Source: Eledone cirrhosa
Taxonomy: Eukaryota
NCBI GenBank assembly: GCA_964016885.1
Contig: OZ024742.1
Coordinates: forward strand, 267,592,001 to 267,656,000
Direction of reading: 5' to 3'
DNA length: 64,000 bases
Part shown: positions 16,289-30,880 of the stretch, in pieces
Position numbering within the stretch: the stretch's first letter is position 1
Layout of the letters: each line of letters opens with the position of its first letter
The notes under the pieces: generated by a model
What the model was told of the DNA's origin: nothing
Database searches by the model: none
Seen by the model: the letters and a program-made list of their open reading frames with translations, nothing else
Program-made: the position numbers and the translations under genes

Positions 16289-16466
16289 AGAAATAATAAT
16301 AAAACACACCCACTATTTGGTTTGAATTGGTTTTCGCTTCTGTATCTTTTATATCTCTATAGTTAATTTATCTGGTAATCATTGTTTATCGTTGATTGAC
16401 CAATGGTTAAAAATATCGATAGAAATATATATATATATATATATACATACATACATATATATATAT

Positions 16467-16742
16467 ATAGGAAAATGTTTGACCCCGACGGCAGAGCTCA
16501 AATCGTTTCGACGGCTATTTCTAGAAATAGCCGTCGAAACGGCATGAGTTCTGCCGTCGGGGTCATACATTTTCCTATTACCCACTCTACTTCCCGAATA
16601 CACCAGAGTACTCAATACTTAGGGTAGTAGAGTGGGTAATAAGAAAATGTTTGACCCCGACGGCAGAGCTCAAGCCGTTTCGACGGCTATCAGAAATAGC
16701 AGTCGAAACGGCTTGAGCTCTGCCGTCGGGGTCATACATTTT

Positions 16743-16748
<6 letters not shown>
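16467..16748. repeat. Four alternately oriented pseudo-LTR fragments forming nested palindromes
   Basis: Approx. (-)16467-16520, (+)16524-16590, (-)16623-16690, (+)16694-16748; same family as 55861-56435. Confidence 0.85.
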
Positions 16749-16792
<44 letters not shown>

Positions 16793-16795
<3 letters not shown>

Positions 16796-18330
16796 TCTTT
16801 TACTCTTTTACTCTTTTACCTGTTTCAGCCATCCGGCTGATGCCATGCTGGGGCACCGCCCTTGTTGCTACGAATTTTATCTCCAGCCTGTAGAGGTTGG
16901 CCACTGGTGTAAGAGGGAGTTTGTTGCTGCTGCCCTTAGGTTTCCCTCGTGTCTTGCTGTCGGCTCATCCGGGATCCTGGATAACAAGGCGTCGAGATGT
17001 TTCTTAAAGACATCCACCTCCACGTCATGCAAGTCTCTCAGATGCCTCGGCAGCCTGTTGAAGAGTTGAGGGCCCTTGAATCCCAGGATATTGCAATACC
17101 TGCTCCTTATTCTAGATGTGGAAGACGGGACCTTTGGCACCACACAGTGACGTCCTGTTCGGCGGTTTGTCCAGCTCCCAATGCCAAAGTTTGGTGCTAG
17201 TCCCTCCAGGATTTTCCACATGTAGATCACTGCGTATCTCTCCCGTCTTCGCTCCAAGGAGTAGAGGTTCAGTTCCTTTAGCCTCTCCCAGTAGCTTGTC
17301 TCCCTCATCTTGGCAATCCTCTTGGTGTAGCTTCGCTGGATTGCCTCAAGCTCCGTGGTTAGTTTGACACTATGGGGTGACCACAACTGGGAGCAGTAGT
17401 CCAGGTGGCTTAGGACAAAAGTCCTCCACAGTATCAACATGGTGTCTCGATCTCTTGTCCGGAAAGTCCTCAAGATCCAGCCAGCGAGTCGTCTGCACAT
17501 TGTCGCCACTTTCATGATGTGTGAAGAAAAAGATGCATCATCGCTCATGTCTATGCCCAGGTCTCGTATCGATTTTGACACGGGGATATCGGTCCCTCCT
17601 GGTCCTGTGTAGCTGTGTTCCACTATATTTGTGTTTGCAGGTTTGTATTGTAGGGCTTGGAATTTGCCAGCATTAAACTGCATGTTGTTTTCTTCCGCCC
17701 ATCTGTATATGGCATCCAGATTCTGCTGTAAAAGGGCAGCGTCAGCCGGGTTTTTGATTGCCTGTGCTACCTTAGTGTCATCAGCATAGCTAGTGAGGGA
17801 TGTTGTTGCATGCACCACAGAGGGCATGTCCGAGAGAGCCACCAAAAACAGTAGTGGTCCCAGGACTGTCCCCTGGGGCACCCCACTTGTTATCGGTGTT
17901 TCCCTCGAGAGGGCCCCATTTGCTGCGACTGCCTGGCTTCTGTCCCTTGGGAAGCCATGCAGCCACTCACCTACTTTTCCAGTTATGCCGAGTCCGTGTA
18001 GTTTGTGACATATCATTCCGTGGTCGACCTTGTGAAAGGCCTTCGCAAAGTCAAGATATATCACGTCCACATGTGAGCTGTCTAGTAGTTGTCTCAGTAC
18101 CCAGTTGTAGTGATGTAGCAGCTGTGTAAGGCAGCTTCTTCCTGGGCGGAAGCCATGTTGCGTGCTAGTCAGGCGGTCATTTCCTTCGAGGAAAGTGATT
18201 AGTTTCTTTCTGACGACTCGCTCCATGACCTTACTGATATGCGACGTCAGAGAGACTGGCCTATAGTTCTTGGCCTCCGCTCTACTACCTCCTTTATGGA
18301 TAGGGCATATTGTGCCTTCTTTCAGCTCCC
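16793..18330 (-). mobile_element. 5'-truncated CR1-group LINE, RT domain in open frame
   Basis: ORF 16877..18457: NYRPVSLTSHISKVMER, QHGFRPGRSCLTQLL, YLDFAKAF, SGVPQGTVLGPLLF, YADD, LYSLERRRER; (GTAAAAGA)n tail. Homology starts near 18330. Confidence 0.92.
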
Positions 18331-19392
18331 AAATATGTAAAATTTGGCTTCGTTTATTATAAATTATAGATATACTGCTATATATATTTCGGTGACACCC
18401 ATCATTGGCTGTGAGTACTTGAGGCAGTATGAATTGGTGTGGGAAAGACAGGTACACATGTACTTGAAGTGTGTTTTACTCCGTCAATATGTCCATCTCC
18501 TGGTTGTGTTGTTATTCTTCTGAGGAACTGGAATCATATGAGTTGGAACAAACGAATTTAGGCGTCATTGGACACGCTCGCATCCCATTTTGTCAGTTTT
18601 GAGATTATTCCTCTGTCAAAGGTCTACAGAAATTTTTCTGAGGCAAGACAATCTGTTGTAGTTGTTTTTGTTTAAGTACAGCTGACCTCCTCCATTGTGT
18701 TGCTAGTGGTAGTGGTGTTAAGGGGTCAGCTGGCAGGTCAGCTTTAGTGTGTTGCTGCTATGTTCTGAAGAATTTGTGTGTGTAGGTTGGCATCCATCCT
18801 ACCACCATTTCACGTGGTGGGGGCTGCCAAAAAAAAAAAAAATGCGTGTGTGTTACAATATCAAAATTTGAAAGATTTGAAACATATTAACTGAGGTAGA
18901 AACCTAGTAGAATCGACAAGTGTAAAGAATTACAATTCTTATTTTATCATCGAGTGGTGCGTTTTAAGAGCAAATGAGATTAAAGTGGAGTGTAAACACC
19001 ATAAACCTGAGTGTCAAAATCCGGAAATGCAAAGGACTACAGTTCCTATTTCCGCATATGTGTGTATGTCAACGCACAACGTTGCAAGCAAACACGCACA
19101 AACACGGGCTCAGGTGCATTCCATATATATATATATCATTTCTGAAGAGAGCATATATATGTGAAGGTATGTATATTTCCTCTGATAGTTTGTAATATAT
19201 ATACATAGATCTATATGATATACATACCAACACACATATATATCCTAGAAACGATCGTAAAATGATGAATTTTTTAATATAAGGAACTTGTTCTTTCTTT
19301 TTATTCATTGTTTTTATTAATTTATATATATATATATATATACACCCACACATACACACATTATATACACACACATACATATATGTATACAT

Positions 19393-19443
<51 letters not shown>

Positions 19444-20086
19444 CACATACTTGTAAGTATCCATGTTTGTATAATTTTAAACAACAGTATCTATGTATTT
19501 GGCGAAGTGTAACCTAGAAAGCAGGGCATGCAGTCCAATCGCCATGGCGGAAAGTGGGCTGTGCAGCCTTACCATATTACCTCTAAATGACCCTCCCGGT
19601 CAAAGCAGCATGTAGTGTTATCTAGTGTGTGTGTGTGTGTGTTATGTTTTTATGTGTCTAAGATTTAGTAAGCAGCCACAATTCTGCTTGCTTCAACCGA
19701 CGCTGTCGTGTGTTTGTCTGTATGTGTGTGTGTGTGTGTTTTTATCTTTTTATGTGTCCACGGTTTAGCAAGCAGCTAACATTCTGCTTGCTTCATTCGA
19801 CGCTGTCGTGTGTTTGTGTGTATGTGTGTGTGTGTGTGTGTTATCTTTTTATGTGTCTACGGTTTAGCAAGCAGACAAAATTCTGTTTGTTTCAAACGAC
19901 GCAAATTGATCAACTCAATATTCTATAACACATGCACTGCATGCGTTGCATGCACGCACCCTTCGCCCCTGGTATGTACATATGAATAAGTATGTGTTAC
20001 TATAGGAGTCGATCGAGGCAGCAGTAGGGGTGGTGAGTGTGTAAGGGGTGGTTTACCTTGGGCTCGGTGTGGCGGGACTAGTGTCC

Positions 20087-21422
20087 CTATAGCTTGAGGA
20101 AGGTCCCTGCCCTGAGGTGTCTACATGTATTGAAGAAGTCGGTCCTGGGGTTTATTAGGCTGCTTCCACCGCTGAGTATCTCGAGGGTCTGGCTCAGACA
20201 TAGTTTGCAGATGCCAGATCCCCCTCTATCAGGTAGTACTTTCCTGATTTGGGACCAGGCCAGAGAGTATTGGGTCCTGTCCAGCTTGAGCTTCCAGATC
20301 AGTTCGGAAAGAGCCGTACTTTTCCTTTTGTCCTCCATATTAAAGCAATGGTTATGGTTATACCCTCTGTTTTTGAAGCTCGTTGATGTGGCTCCCATGT
20401 AAAGGTGCTCAGAGTTGGGTTTTTTTACTCTACATCCGAATATTAAGTCTTTCCTGAGGCATTCATTACTAAGAGGGCATTATGTGGGGGTTCTGCAGTT
20501 GCAGGAGGTGGCCAACCCCGAGTGCCTAACGTGGGGTTCCTGTTGTATATTATAGGGTGGTCTTCTTCTGGGCTCGGTGGGCGTCCCTGGGTTTGTTTGT
20601 CTTCACAGGGTGGGTACAGGGTCCACCCTTCCTTCCCTCAAACATAGCTCTGCTGGGTGCTTATATTGCCAGCTTCTGGTTGTGTGTAGTTTCTAAGTCT
20701 ACCCCTATTGATGCTAGCTATGTGCAGGGCTACGTTGCGCGTGGTAGAATACGAGAGCTTCTCAGCGTGTCTCTTGAGTATCTTGTATCTATGCTCCCTC
20801 GGGAGCATTTGTCTAGCGCTCTAAAGAATACCAGGATGTTCTTCTGGTCCGCTGAGTAGGGTGGGTTCTACCACGTTATTTTTCTATGTCTTTTCCTGAT
20901 GTGGGATGTTGGGGAGTTGGTGGGTTGCTAGTGGTTCCCGCATTGTTTCCTGCCCTTTGGGCGCTATATGGTTTGCCAGCTTCCCGGCACGTACCTGTGG
21001 GGTGGTTGTTACCCACGCTGGGGGATCTACAATGGTATGGTGCTCCATCTTTCCCGCTTCGTGTCTTGCGGTTGGGTGAGGCAGGCCCGGGGTGGTTAGT
21101 ATCACCCCTGAGACTGCTCCTCGTACTGGGTTTCCTTTTCGCTAATGTGGTGGTGTCGGGTTCATGGGATTTAGTGGTTTCCACTCTGCCTGTATTGTTA
21201 GGGTTCCCCCCTTCCGGATACCGTGGGTCGGGGGGTCCGATAGGCTATCCCTATCTTGGTGCCTCGGATTATATAGTTTGGCCGTGCTCCGTCTTATTTA
21301 GAGCTGCTTTATACTATTGTGCGTTGCTATCGAAGATCTCCTTATTGGCAGACAGGTTGGAGATCCTGTCCGAGACACTCTTGAATGTGGTGCTGTCGGG
21401 ATCATGGGGTTTAGTGGTTTCC

Positions 21423-21425
<3 letters not shown>
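20087..21425 (-). mobile_element. Degenerate PLE 3' fragment (thumb, linker, GIY-YIG)
   Basis: YMGATSTSFKNR..NH..STALSELIWKLK..CKLCL..INPRTDFFNTCRH; CNCRTPHNAL near 20480-20505; RISNLSANKEIFD thumb motif near 21340-21370. Confidence 0.8.
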
Positions 21426-22234
<809 letters not shown>

Positions 22235-22237
22235 CAC

Positions 22238-22338
<101 letters not shown>

Positions 22339-22390
22339 CATACATATATGGTGGAAGAGTAAGTCAATTTTATAGTGTGTCTATTATATA

Positions 22391-23263
22391 GTGTCTATTA
22401 TATGTGTCTATATATATTACAATCAAGCGTTAGCTAGAGCAGGATATAGAGATAAAATTAAGTACATCGATAATAATAAGCAAACTAACCAAAATAATAA
22501 CAATTTTAATTACGGTAACAACATTAACAACTATAATAGAAAACATTACAATAATTCCAAAAGTCGAAAAAGAAATAGAACTAGAAATATATTATGGTTT
22601 TCCCGCCCTTTTTCACTAAATATTAAAACCCATATTGCTAAACTATTCTTTAATGCTCTTGACAAACGCTTCCCTAGAACACATAAATATCACTCAATTT
22701 TTAATAGACACACTATAAAATTAACTTACTCGTCCACCAAAAATTTAGCACAAAATATTAACAGAATTAATAATAGGAATTTAAAACCTAACCAAAATAC
22801 CAATAATAACCCAAACAATATTCAATTAAATAACTGTAACTGTAGAAATAAATCTAACTGTCCGTTAAATAACAACTGCTTAGCTAAAAATGTAGTGTAC
22901 AATTGTAATGTTAAAACTAATTTAAATTCTTTCAACTATGTTGGTTCCACCTCGACAGAATTTAAACTTCGCTTCAATAATCATAAGAATTCTTTCACAG
23001 ATCCAAACAAAAAATCCTCAACTTCGCTATCAAGCCTACTCTGGCACCTTAAACGAGATAATGTTAAATGTTCGATGTTTTGGAATATTGTCTCAAAAGG
23101 GATTCCTTTTAATTCCTCATTAGAGACTTGTGATCTTTGTGTAGAGGAAATATTCTTTATATTAAAGTCCAAAAATTCCCTTAATTTAAGGAGCAATTTA
23201 TTCAGTTGCTGCAGACATAGATTGAACTCAACATTTAAGTATAAATATAAATTTAAAATGTAG
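22391..23263 (+). CDS. PLE C-terminal region with GIY-YIG endonuclease (5'-truncated, probably Nematis-type)
   Basis: [10 protein letters not shown] thumb; [15 protein letters not shown] linker; [19 protein letters not shown]; CDLCVEE; LNLRS..CRH. The listed start codon is not the real one. The 3' UTR and pseudo-LTR run to ~24885. Confidence 0.88.
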   Translation: MSIICVYIYYNQALARAGYRDKIKYIDNNKQTNQNNNNFNYGNNINNYNRKHYNNSKSRKRNRTRNILWFSRPFSLNIKTHIAKLFFNALDKRFPRTHKYHSIFNRHTIKLTYSSTKNLAQNINRINNRNLKPNQNTNNNPNNIQLNNCNCRNKSNCPLNNNCLAKNVVYNCNVKTNLNSFNYVGSTSTEFKLRFNNHKNSFTDPNKKSSTSLSSLLWHLKRDNVKCSMFWNIVSKGIPFNSSLETCDLCVEEIFFILKSKNSLNLRSNLFSCCRHRLNSTFKYKYKFKM

Positions 23264-24690
23264 TATAATTAATTAAGAAGTTTAGTTAATATATGAAACC
23301 TGACGATAAATCATTTGATTCCTTCACCTTTTTCTTTTTAAACTTTCTTCCTAAATATTAACAAGGATATAATAAACTACTCTAAAATGTATATGCTCCC
23401 AATGTATTAAATAAAATTTACGTAAGATAAATCTCTATACTAAATATAAGGGCATCCGTAGAATCACTGGGTCTTCTAAATTTTTAAAATAATATTTGTT
23501 TTTTTTATTTGTTTTTTGACTCTGATAGCTTCTAATAACTTCCATATGTCTACCCTTGCAATATCTTGTTTGAGATATAGGTAGGATAGATTTCTATAAT
23601 AAATATATGAAGCATATTGTTTTGGCTTGAGATACTCTATAGTGTGTTAAAGATATTATAATGCTTTGATATTTCTGTATTAATATATTGATATTTGATT
23701 ATCTCTATACAAAGGCCATTTGTGAGTATTAACATGCATATAAAAGGTTTATAGAGTTTATTTATGTGTTCGTATATATGTCTGTATATGTGCATAACGA
23801 TGCTGGAAAACTCATGCAGATATTTATACATATATATATGTATGGTTCTGTGTGTATATGTTGATATGTGGTGCAGATGTGCATAATATTAAATACATGA
23901 ACGGTAATCATGTATGTGAGGACATGAATATTAATCGTATGTTTTATGTATATATACTGTGGAATTTTTATAACACATGAAATGTATAGATTTGATCAGG
24001 TGAAATCATTTGTATGTCTATATTGACTAGAGTAGACATAATTTTCCCTTTTTTCTTTTTTCAGAACGTACTTATGCGTGTATATATATATACATATATG
24101 TATCCGTATTTTTATAAATAGGGTAATTTTTGAAGGGTTTAACTCAGATTTTGGTATATTGACCTCAGAGTTTTAAACTAAACATATGGTCATTATTGAA
24201 CAATGTTATTTTCTCATATTATATATCTATGTCTCATTCATGAATATTGATATTTGCATTTTCATTATTCATTTCATATGAATTGTTAATTCAACTTAAT
24301 ATGACATGACGTAAAGTTGTCACTGTATCCTCTTCTCTCTATATAGTACTTCCTCTCTCTTGAGTTTCTCTATCTGTATGATGAATTATTATCTCTCTGT
24401 TGCTTTCTTTTGCCTTTCTTATTTCTTTCTTTTTTCTTTTTCATTTCCTCCTATCTATTTATATATATCTTCCTCTCTTCTCTCTCTCTCTCCTTCTTTT
24501 TCTCTCTCCTTCTCTCTCCGTTTTTTCTTTCTCTCCATTTTTTTCTCTTTCTCTCCGTTTTTTTCTAACTGTGCTTAACACTATAACTAATAAAATAATT
24601 ATAAACATCTCACTATCCAGACAGCTTCCAAAAATAATGGTCGCCTCTAATAGGGTACGTCAAAATTATTTATAAAACTGTTTATATATT

Positions 24691-24757
24691 GTATTTTATC
24701 TGAGGAAGGCATGCCATATTTTAATTTGGTATCCCTGAAATATGTATAATGAAATAT
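24691..24757 (+). ncRNA. Type I minimal hammerhead ribozyme in PLE pseudo-LTR
   Basis: Stem I gtattttat/atgaaatat; CUGAGGA 24700-24706; stem II agg.atgcca/tggtat.cct; GAAA 24737-24740; minimal stem III tatgta; UA cleavage site ending at 24748. Confidence 0.85.
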
Positions 24758-24884
24758 ATATGGTTTTATAAATATAGTTTCCATTTATTTAATATCGTAT
24801 ATCTACTCCAAAAACTTGTCGAGTGCTTTATATCAGTTATAAAATATTTACTTGTTGTTTCCCAACAATTTTAAATAAAACTTT

Positions 24885-26366
<1,482 letters not shown>

Positions 26367-26634
26367 TATGTGTTATAAGGTAAGGGTCGACACAAACAAG
26401 AGATGGACAGTTTCCGGTCGTCAGCTGTTTCCTACGGCTCACTGATGTTTCGTGTAGTTCGACTCCTTTCAACCTGCACACACTTCAATTTTACTGTTTA
26501 TAATGCGCCGAAACATATGTGACCCGTAGTAAACAGCCGACGAAGGGAAACTGTCCATCTCTTTCTTGTGTCACCTAACCTTCTAACACTTGTAACCACA
26601 TAGTCTCGCCTTCCTAAACCCATAATTTTGTGAA

Positions 26635-26750
26635 GGCCTGTGGCTGAGTGGTTAGAGAATTGGATTCGCAGTCATGAGATTGTGAGTTCGATTCACCGAC
26701 CAGGGATGCATTATGTTCTAGAGCAAGACATTTTATTTGACATTGCTCCT
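26635..26750 (+). mobile_element. tRNA-derived SINE 5' part
   Basis: A-box tggctgagtggtt, B-box gagttcgattc, then tgttctagagcaagacattttat. Confidence 0.7.
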
Positions 26751-26872
26751 TCTACCTGGAGTTGCGACAGATAGATAGTATTAGCAATTAGAAAGACCAA
26801 TGGAAACATTGTTTCCTCGGTCCGATTCGACGAAAGTCGATCGTTGCTTCCTTATATATATATATATATATA

Positions 26873-27812
26873 TGTATAGTGAAAACTGGAACGGGAACAA
26901 AAACAGAGAGACATTACAAACAAACGTTTATTAGTTTCACGCTCTTGAGAGGGTGTATGTTTCGGGCATAAGCCCTTCGTCAGGAGAAAAGTGGGTGGGA
27001 AAAGAGTTCCGAGGGTGTTTGGGGGAGTGGTGGAGAGACATTTAGAAAAAAGGGGCGGGCGGTAGAAGGGGTACAAATAAAAATTAAAATAAACATAAAG
27101 ATAATCAAGTGGTGGAAGGGTGTGGGGCGTGTAGGGGTGATGGAGGGTGGAGAAAGGAGGCGAGGGGTCCGAGCGGGGAGGGCTGAAGGGGGCGTTTTTG
27201 TATGTGTGTAGGTGTACGTGTGTCTCTGTGTGTGTGTATGTGAATGTGAGAGTTGGGGCAAGAACGAGCTTCCATGTTCAGAAACAGGTGTGTGTGGGGT
27301 GGGGTGTAGGTCGGTGTCCGCGTGCGTGTGGATGGGGAGGGGTCAGATGGGTGGGGGAAGGGGTGTGAGGATTCCGGAGGCTGAGTGTGTATATGTGGGG
27401 GTACGCACGTGTGTGTTGGTGTTTATACGTGGTGTGGATGTAGGTGGCGTGGTTCGAAAACAATTTTTAGTGTATGTCCGTGGGTAAGTTCCTAAGGTAG
27501 TTCCGAGGAGTCTGCGAGGAGTGCCGGATATTTTCCATGATATGGAGTGGATAGCTGGAACGATGAGCGGTGGTGTGTAATCCGTTGGTTGTGCTGGTCG
27601 GAGAGAGGTGGTGTTATGTGGGGTGCGCGCGAAACAGGAAGTGGTCAGAGAATCAAGGCAGGATGAAGGCATAGCAGTAGAGGAGAATAAAAGGTGGAGA
27701 AATTCAGTGTTTGGTGAGGACTGTGTGTCTGTGTATGCGGAGAAGTGGTCAGAGGGTCAAGAAAGGATGAAGGCATAGCAGTAGAAGAGAATGACAGGTG
27801 GAGAATGTCAGT
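26873..27812 (-). mobile_element. Decayed PLE-like 3' end with HHR-like core
   Basis: Minus strand CTGACGA-a-gggc-ttat-gccc-GAAA at ~26960-26983, then AATAAA and (TA)n; stem I not evident; a ~75-bp direct duplication at ~27637/27742. Confidence 0.45.
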
Positions 27813-28593
27813 GTGCGGTACCTCGGCCGATTAACTCACTCGATATGCAAATTGGGCTGCTCAGCCGTTAATATGCATAAGGAAAGTATATACTTTCAGT
27901 CGTTCAATTATCTAGCAGGAAGGTATACGTTGCTGACGATAGCTAATAAGCTTGAAACTAGTACAGCGTTCCTTTGTCAGGGTTGAAATGAGCAACGATG
28001 GTTGCTAGATACTGTACGGCTTAATTCGCGATGTTTATTTACAAACACACGAAGCATTATAATAAATGTTCGGTGAATCCATACGTACATATATATATGT
28101 GTGCATGTATTTATATATATATATATACATACTACTGTACGTCTGTATACATATATGTATGTACGTATACATACTTATATCTAAGTAGCAGCCGTACTAA
28201 GAGTGAGAAATGAAATTTCGTTTCATTTTTTGCGTTTATCGTTTTCGGTACCCCGGCCGATTAACTCACTCCACATGCAAATTAGGCTGGTCAGCCGTTA
28301 ATATGTATAAGGGAGGTATATACTTTCAGACGTTCAATCATCGGGCAGGAAGGTATACGATGCTGACGATAGCTAATAAGCTTGAAACTAGTACAGCGTT
28401 CCTTTGTCAGGGTTGAACAAACGAGCAACGATGGTTGCTAGACACTACGGCTTAATACGGGATGTTTGTTTTCAAACACACCGGGCATTATAATTAATGT
28501 TCGGTGAATCCATACGTACATATATATATATATGTGCATGTATGTATATATATATACATACTACTGTACGTCTGTACACATATATGTATGTAC

Positions 28594-28620
<27 letters not shown>
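27813..28620 (+). repeat. Tandem ~430-bp unit of an unclassified dispersed repeat containing ATGCAAAT
   Basis: Units start at ~27815 and ~28246; further pieces at 29430-29600 (-), 47918-48165 (-) and 48190-48415 (+); diverged relatives at 33710-33970 and 35180-35480. Confidence 0.8.
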
Positions 28621-28632
<12 letters not shown>

Positions 28633-28671
28633 CATATATATATAAATATATATACATACATATATATATAT

Positions 28672-28808
28672 AGTTTTAATATAGATGAGATTCCACAGGA
28701 CTAGAACTGTTTCATTCTTTAGAAATCATCAGGAATCTCAGATATTCCTGATGATTTCTAAAGAATGAAACAGTTCTAGTCCTGTAGAATCTCATCTATA
28801 TTAAAACT
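28672..28808. ncRNA. Palindrome of two divergent hammerhead motifs (65-bp arms)
   Basis: Plus copy: attc-CUGAUGA(28748)-tttctaaagaat-GAAA-cag ttctagtc ctg-UA-gaat. The minus copy is identical except UG at the cleavage site. Confidence 0.75.
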
Positions 28809-28874
28809 TCTATACTCTGCAATGTATTGAGTACCTTACTTACTGTGGTTACCTGCGACTCAATCCGGAATAAC

Positions 28875-28957
<83 letters not shown>

Positions 28958-29176
28958 TATATACATATATATATACATATATATAGTAATAATAATAAAT
29001 TTGAAGACTAAAATCCAAAGAGGGCTCGATAAGGATAGATATATATCAAATATATAAGAACCGTAGAGCAGATATTTATTAAAATAACAGATTAAAGTTT
29101 AAGCAAAGAATCGCTGCTTTCACCCTTAACGGGATCTTCTGAAACTAACAAAGTCAATCTGTAAACGCAGAAATGG

Positions 29177-29207
<31 letters not shown>

Positions 29208-29232
29208 CATATATATACATATATATATATAC

Positions 29233-29301
<69 letters not shown>

Positions 29302-29302
29302 C

Positions 29303-29347
<45 letters not shown>

Positions 29348-29356
29348 CATATATAT

Positions 29357-29421
<65 letters not shown>

Positions 29422-29637
29422 TTGTAATGGAATGAAACGAAATTTCATTTCTCACTCTTAGTACGTCACTTACTTATAATAAACGTCCGCTAAACTGATA
29501 CGTACATATATATATGTGTACCTGCATGTATATATATGTATATATATATATATATGTGCATGCTACTGTACGTCTGTATACATACATACTTACATTTAAA
29601 TATATATGTATATAAATATATATATATATATACATAT

Positions 29638-29723
<86 letters not shown>

Positions 29724-29764
29724 TTATACATATACATACATATATATATATATAAATGCATACA

Positions 29765-29860
<96 letters not shown>

Positions 29861-29896
29861 TATATATATATATTTATATATATATATATATATATA

Positions 29897-30362
29897 TATC
29901 AACTAGAAACATAATGACATACATATATATAATATAAACATATGGAACAACCACAGGGAATAATTTTGTACAGTATGTAAGCAAACATACCTAGGTAGGT
30001 AACCAATTAAAGTTTATACTAGAACTTCAAATATATCTACCTTTTTAAATGATTAATCTCCTTTGTATATATTTCTTTAAGTAAAAAATATATTTCACCA
30101 ATTAATCAGTAAATCACAGTAGTCAAATTTAGGATGGTCACCAAAGGAGAAGAAATAACTATCTGCGTTTACAAAGCAAATTCAAATCTGTGAATGACTC
30201 GAACCACATGTTGCATTTTATTTCTATATTTGAAGTTCTAGTTAAACTTTAATTGGTTACCTACCTAGCTATGTGTGCTTACATTCTTTACAAATTATTG
30301 CCTCTGATTGTTTCATATGTTTATTCTATATATACATACGTCAATCTATTTCTATTTGATAT
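29897..30362. mobile_element. MITE-like fold-back element with ~135-bp imperfect arms
   Basis: 29897-30035 is the inverse of 30226-30362 (ctaggtaggtaaccaattaaagttta / taaactttaattggttacctacctag); another arm copy at 32446-32580. Confidence 0.65.
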
Positions 30363-30453
30363 GAAATGTTCGGATGTATTCATTGGGATCTTTGAGCTTA
30401 TTCTGCAAAGGATATGTGGCATGTCTCTGAGAAAACCCTTAATTTAATTTTGG

Positions 30454-30492
<39 letters not shown>

Positions 30493-30616
30493 CATACACA
30501 CATATAAGCTTATCATATTATTTGTGGTATAAACACGTTGATATTTGATGAAATAAATCACTGCCAATACTGGAATTGAATATTGAAAACAGTAGCGGTA
30601 TGTCACATATCAAATC

Positions 30617-30685
30617 ATATATTTTGTCTGATGAAAACGTACTTAAATAACATTGTACCTTTGAAATATGTATAGTAAAATATAT
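30617..30685 (+). ncRNA. Type I minimal hammerhead ribozyme (solo pseudo-LTR)
   Basis: Stem I atatattttgt/gtaaaatatat; CUGAUGA 30628-30634; stem II aaa.gtac/gtac.ttt; GAAA 30663-30666; tatgta; UA. Confidence 0.8.
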
Positions 30686-30829
30686 ATTTTGATGATGAGA
30701 ATATTTTTCATTTATTAACATTTTGAATAATATTAAAATCTCCAAGAAAATCCTTGTTGAGTGTTTCTAATCTATTGTAATATTGTATTCGTTGAGTAAT
30801 CAACGAATCATATTAATCTTTGGTTATAA

Positions 30830-30869
<40 letters not shown>

Positions 30870-30880
30870 ATATATATATA

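Noticed and set aside
16467-16748. CRISPR-like palindromic repeats (also 40024-40245 and 41859-41918)
   Set aside because: No unique spacers, alternating orientation, no cas genes, eukaryotic context.
19135-19200. HHR-like CTGAAGA-gag...ctc-tGATA
   Set aside because: GAAA is broken and stems I and III are unconvincing; at most a decayed relic.
27798-28416. Duplicated 62/68-aa ORFs ending TIANKLETSTAFLCQG
   Set aside because: Differences between copies are mostly non-synonymous, starts differ, and there is no domain; a by-product of the repeat.
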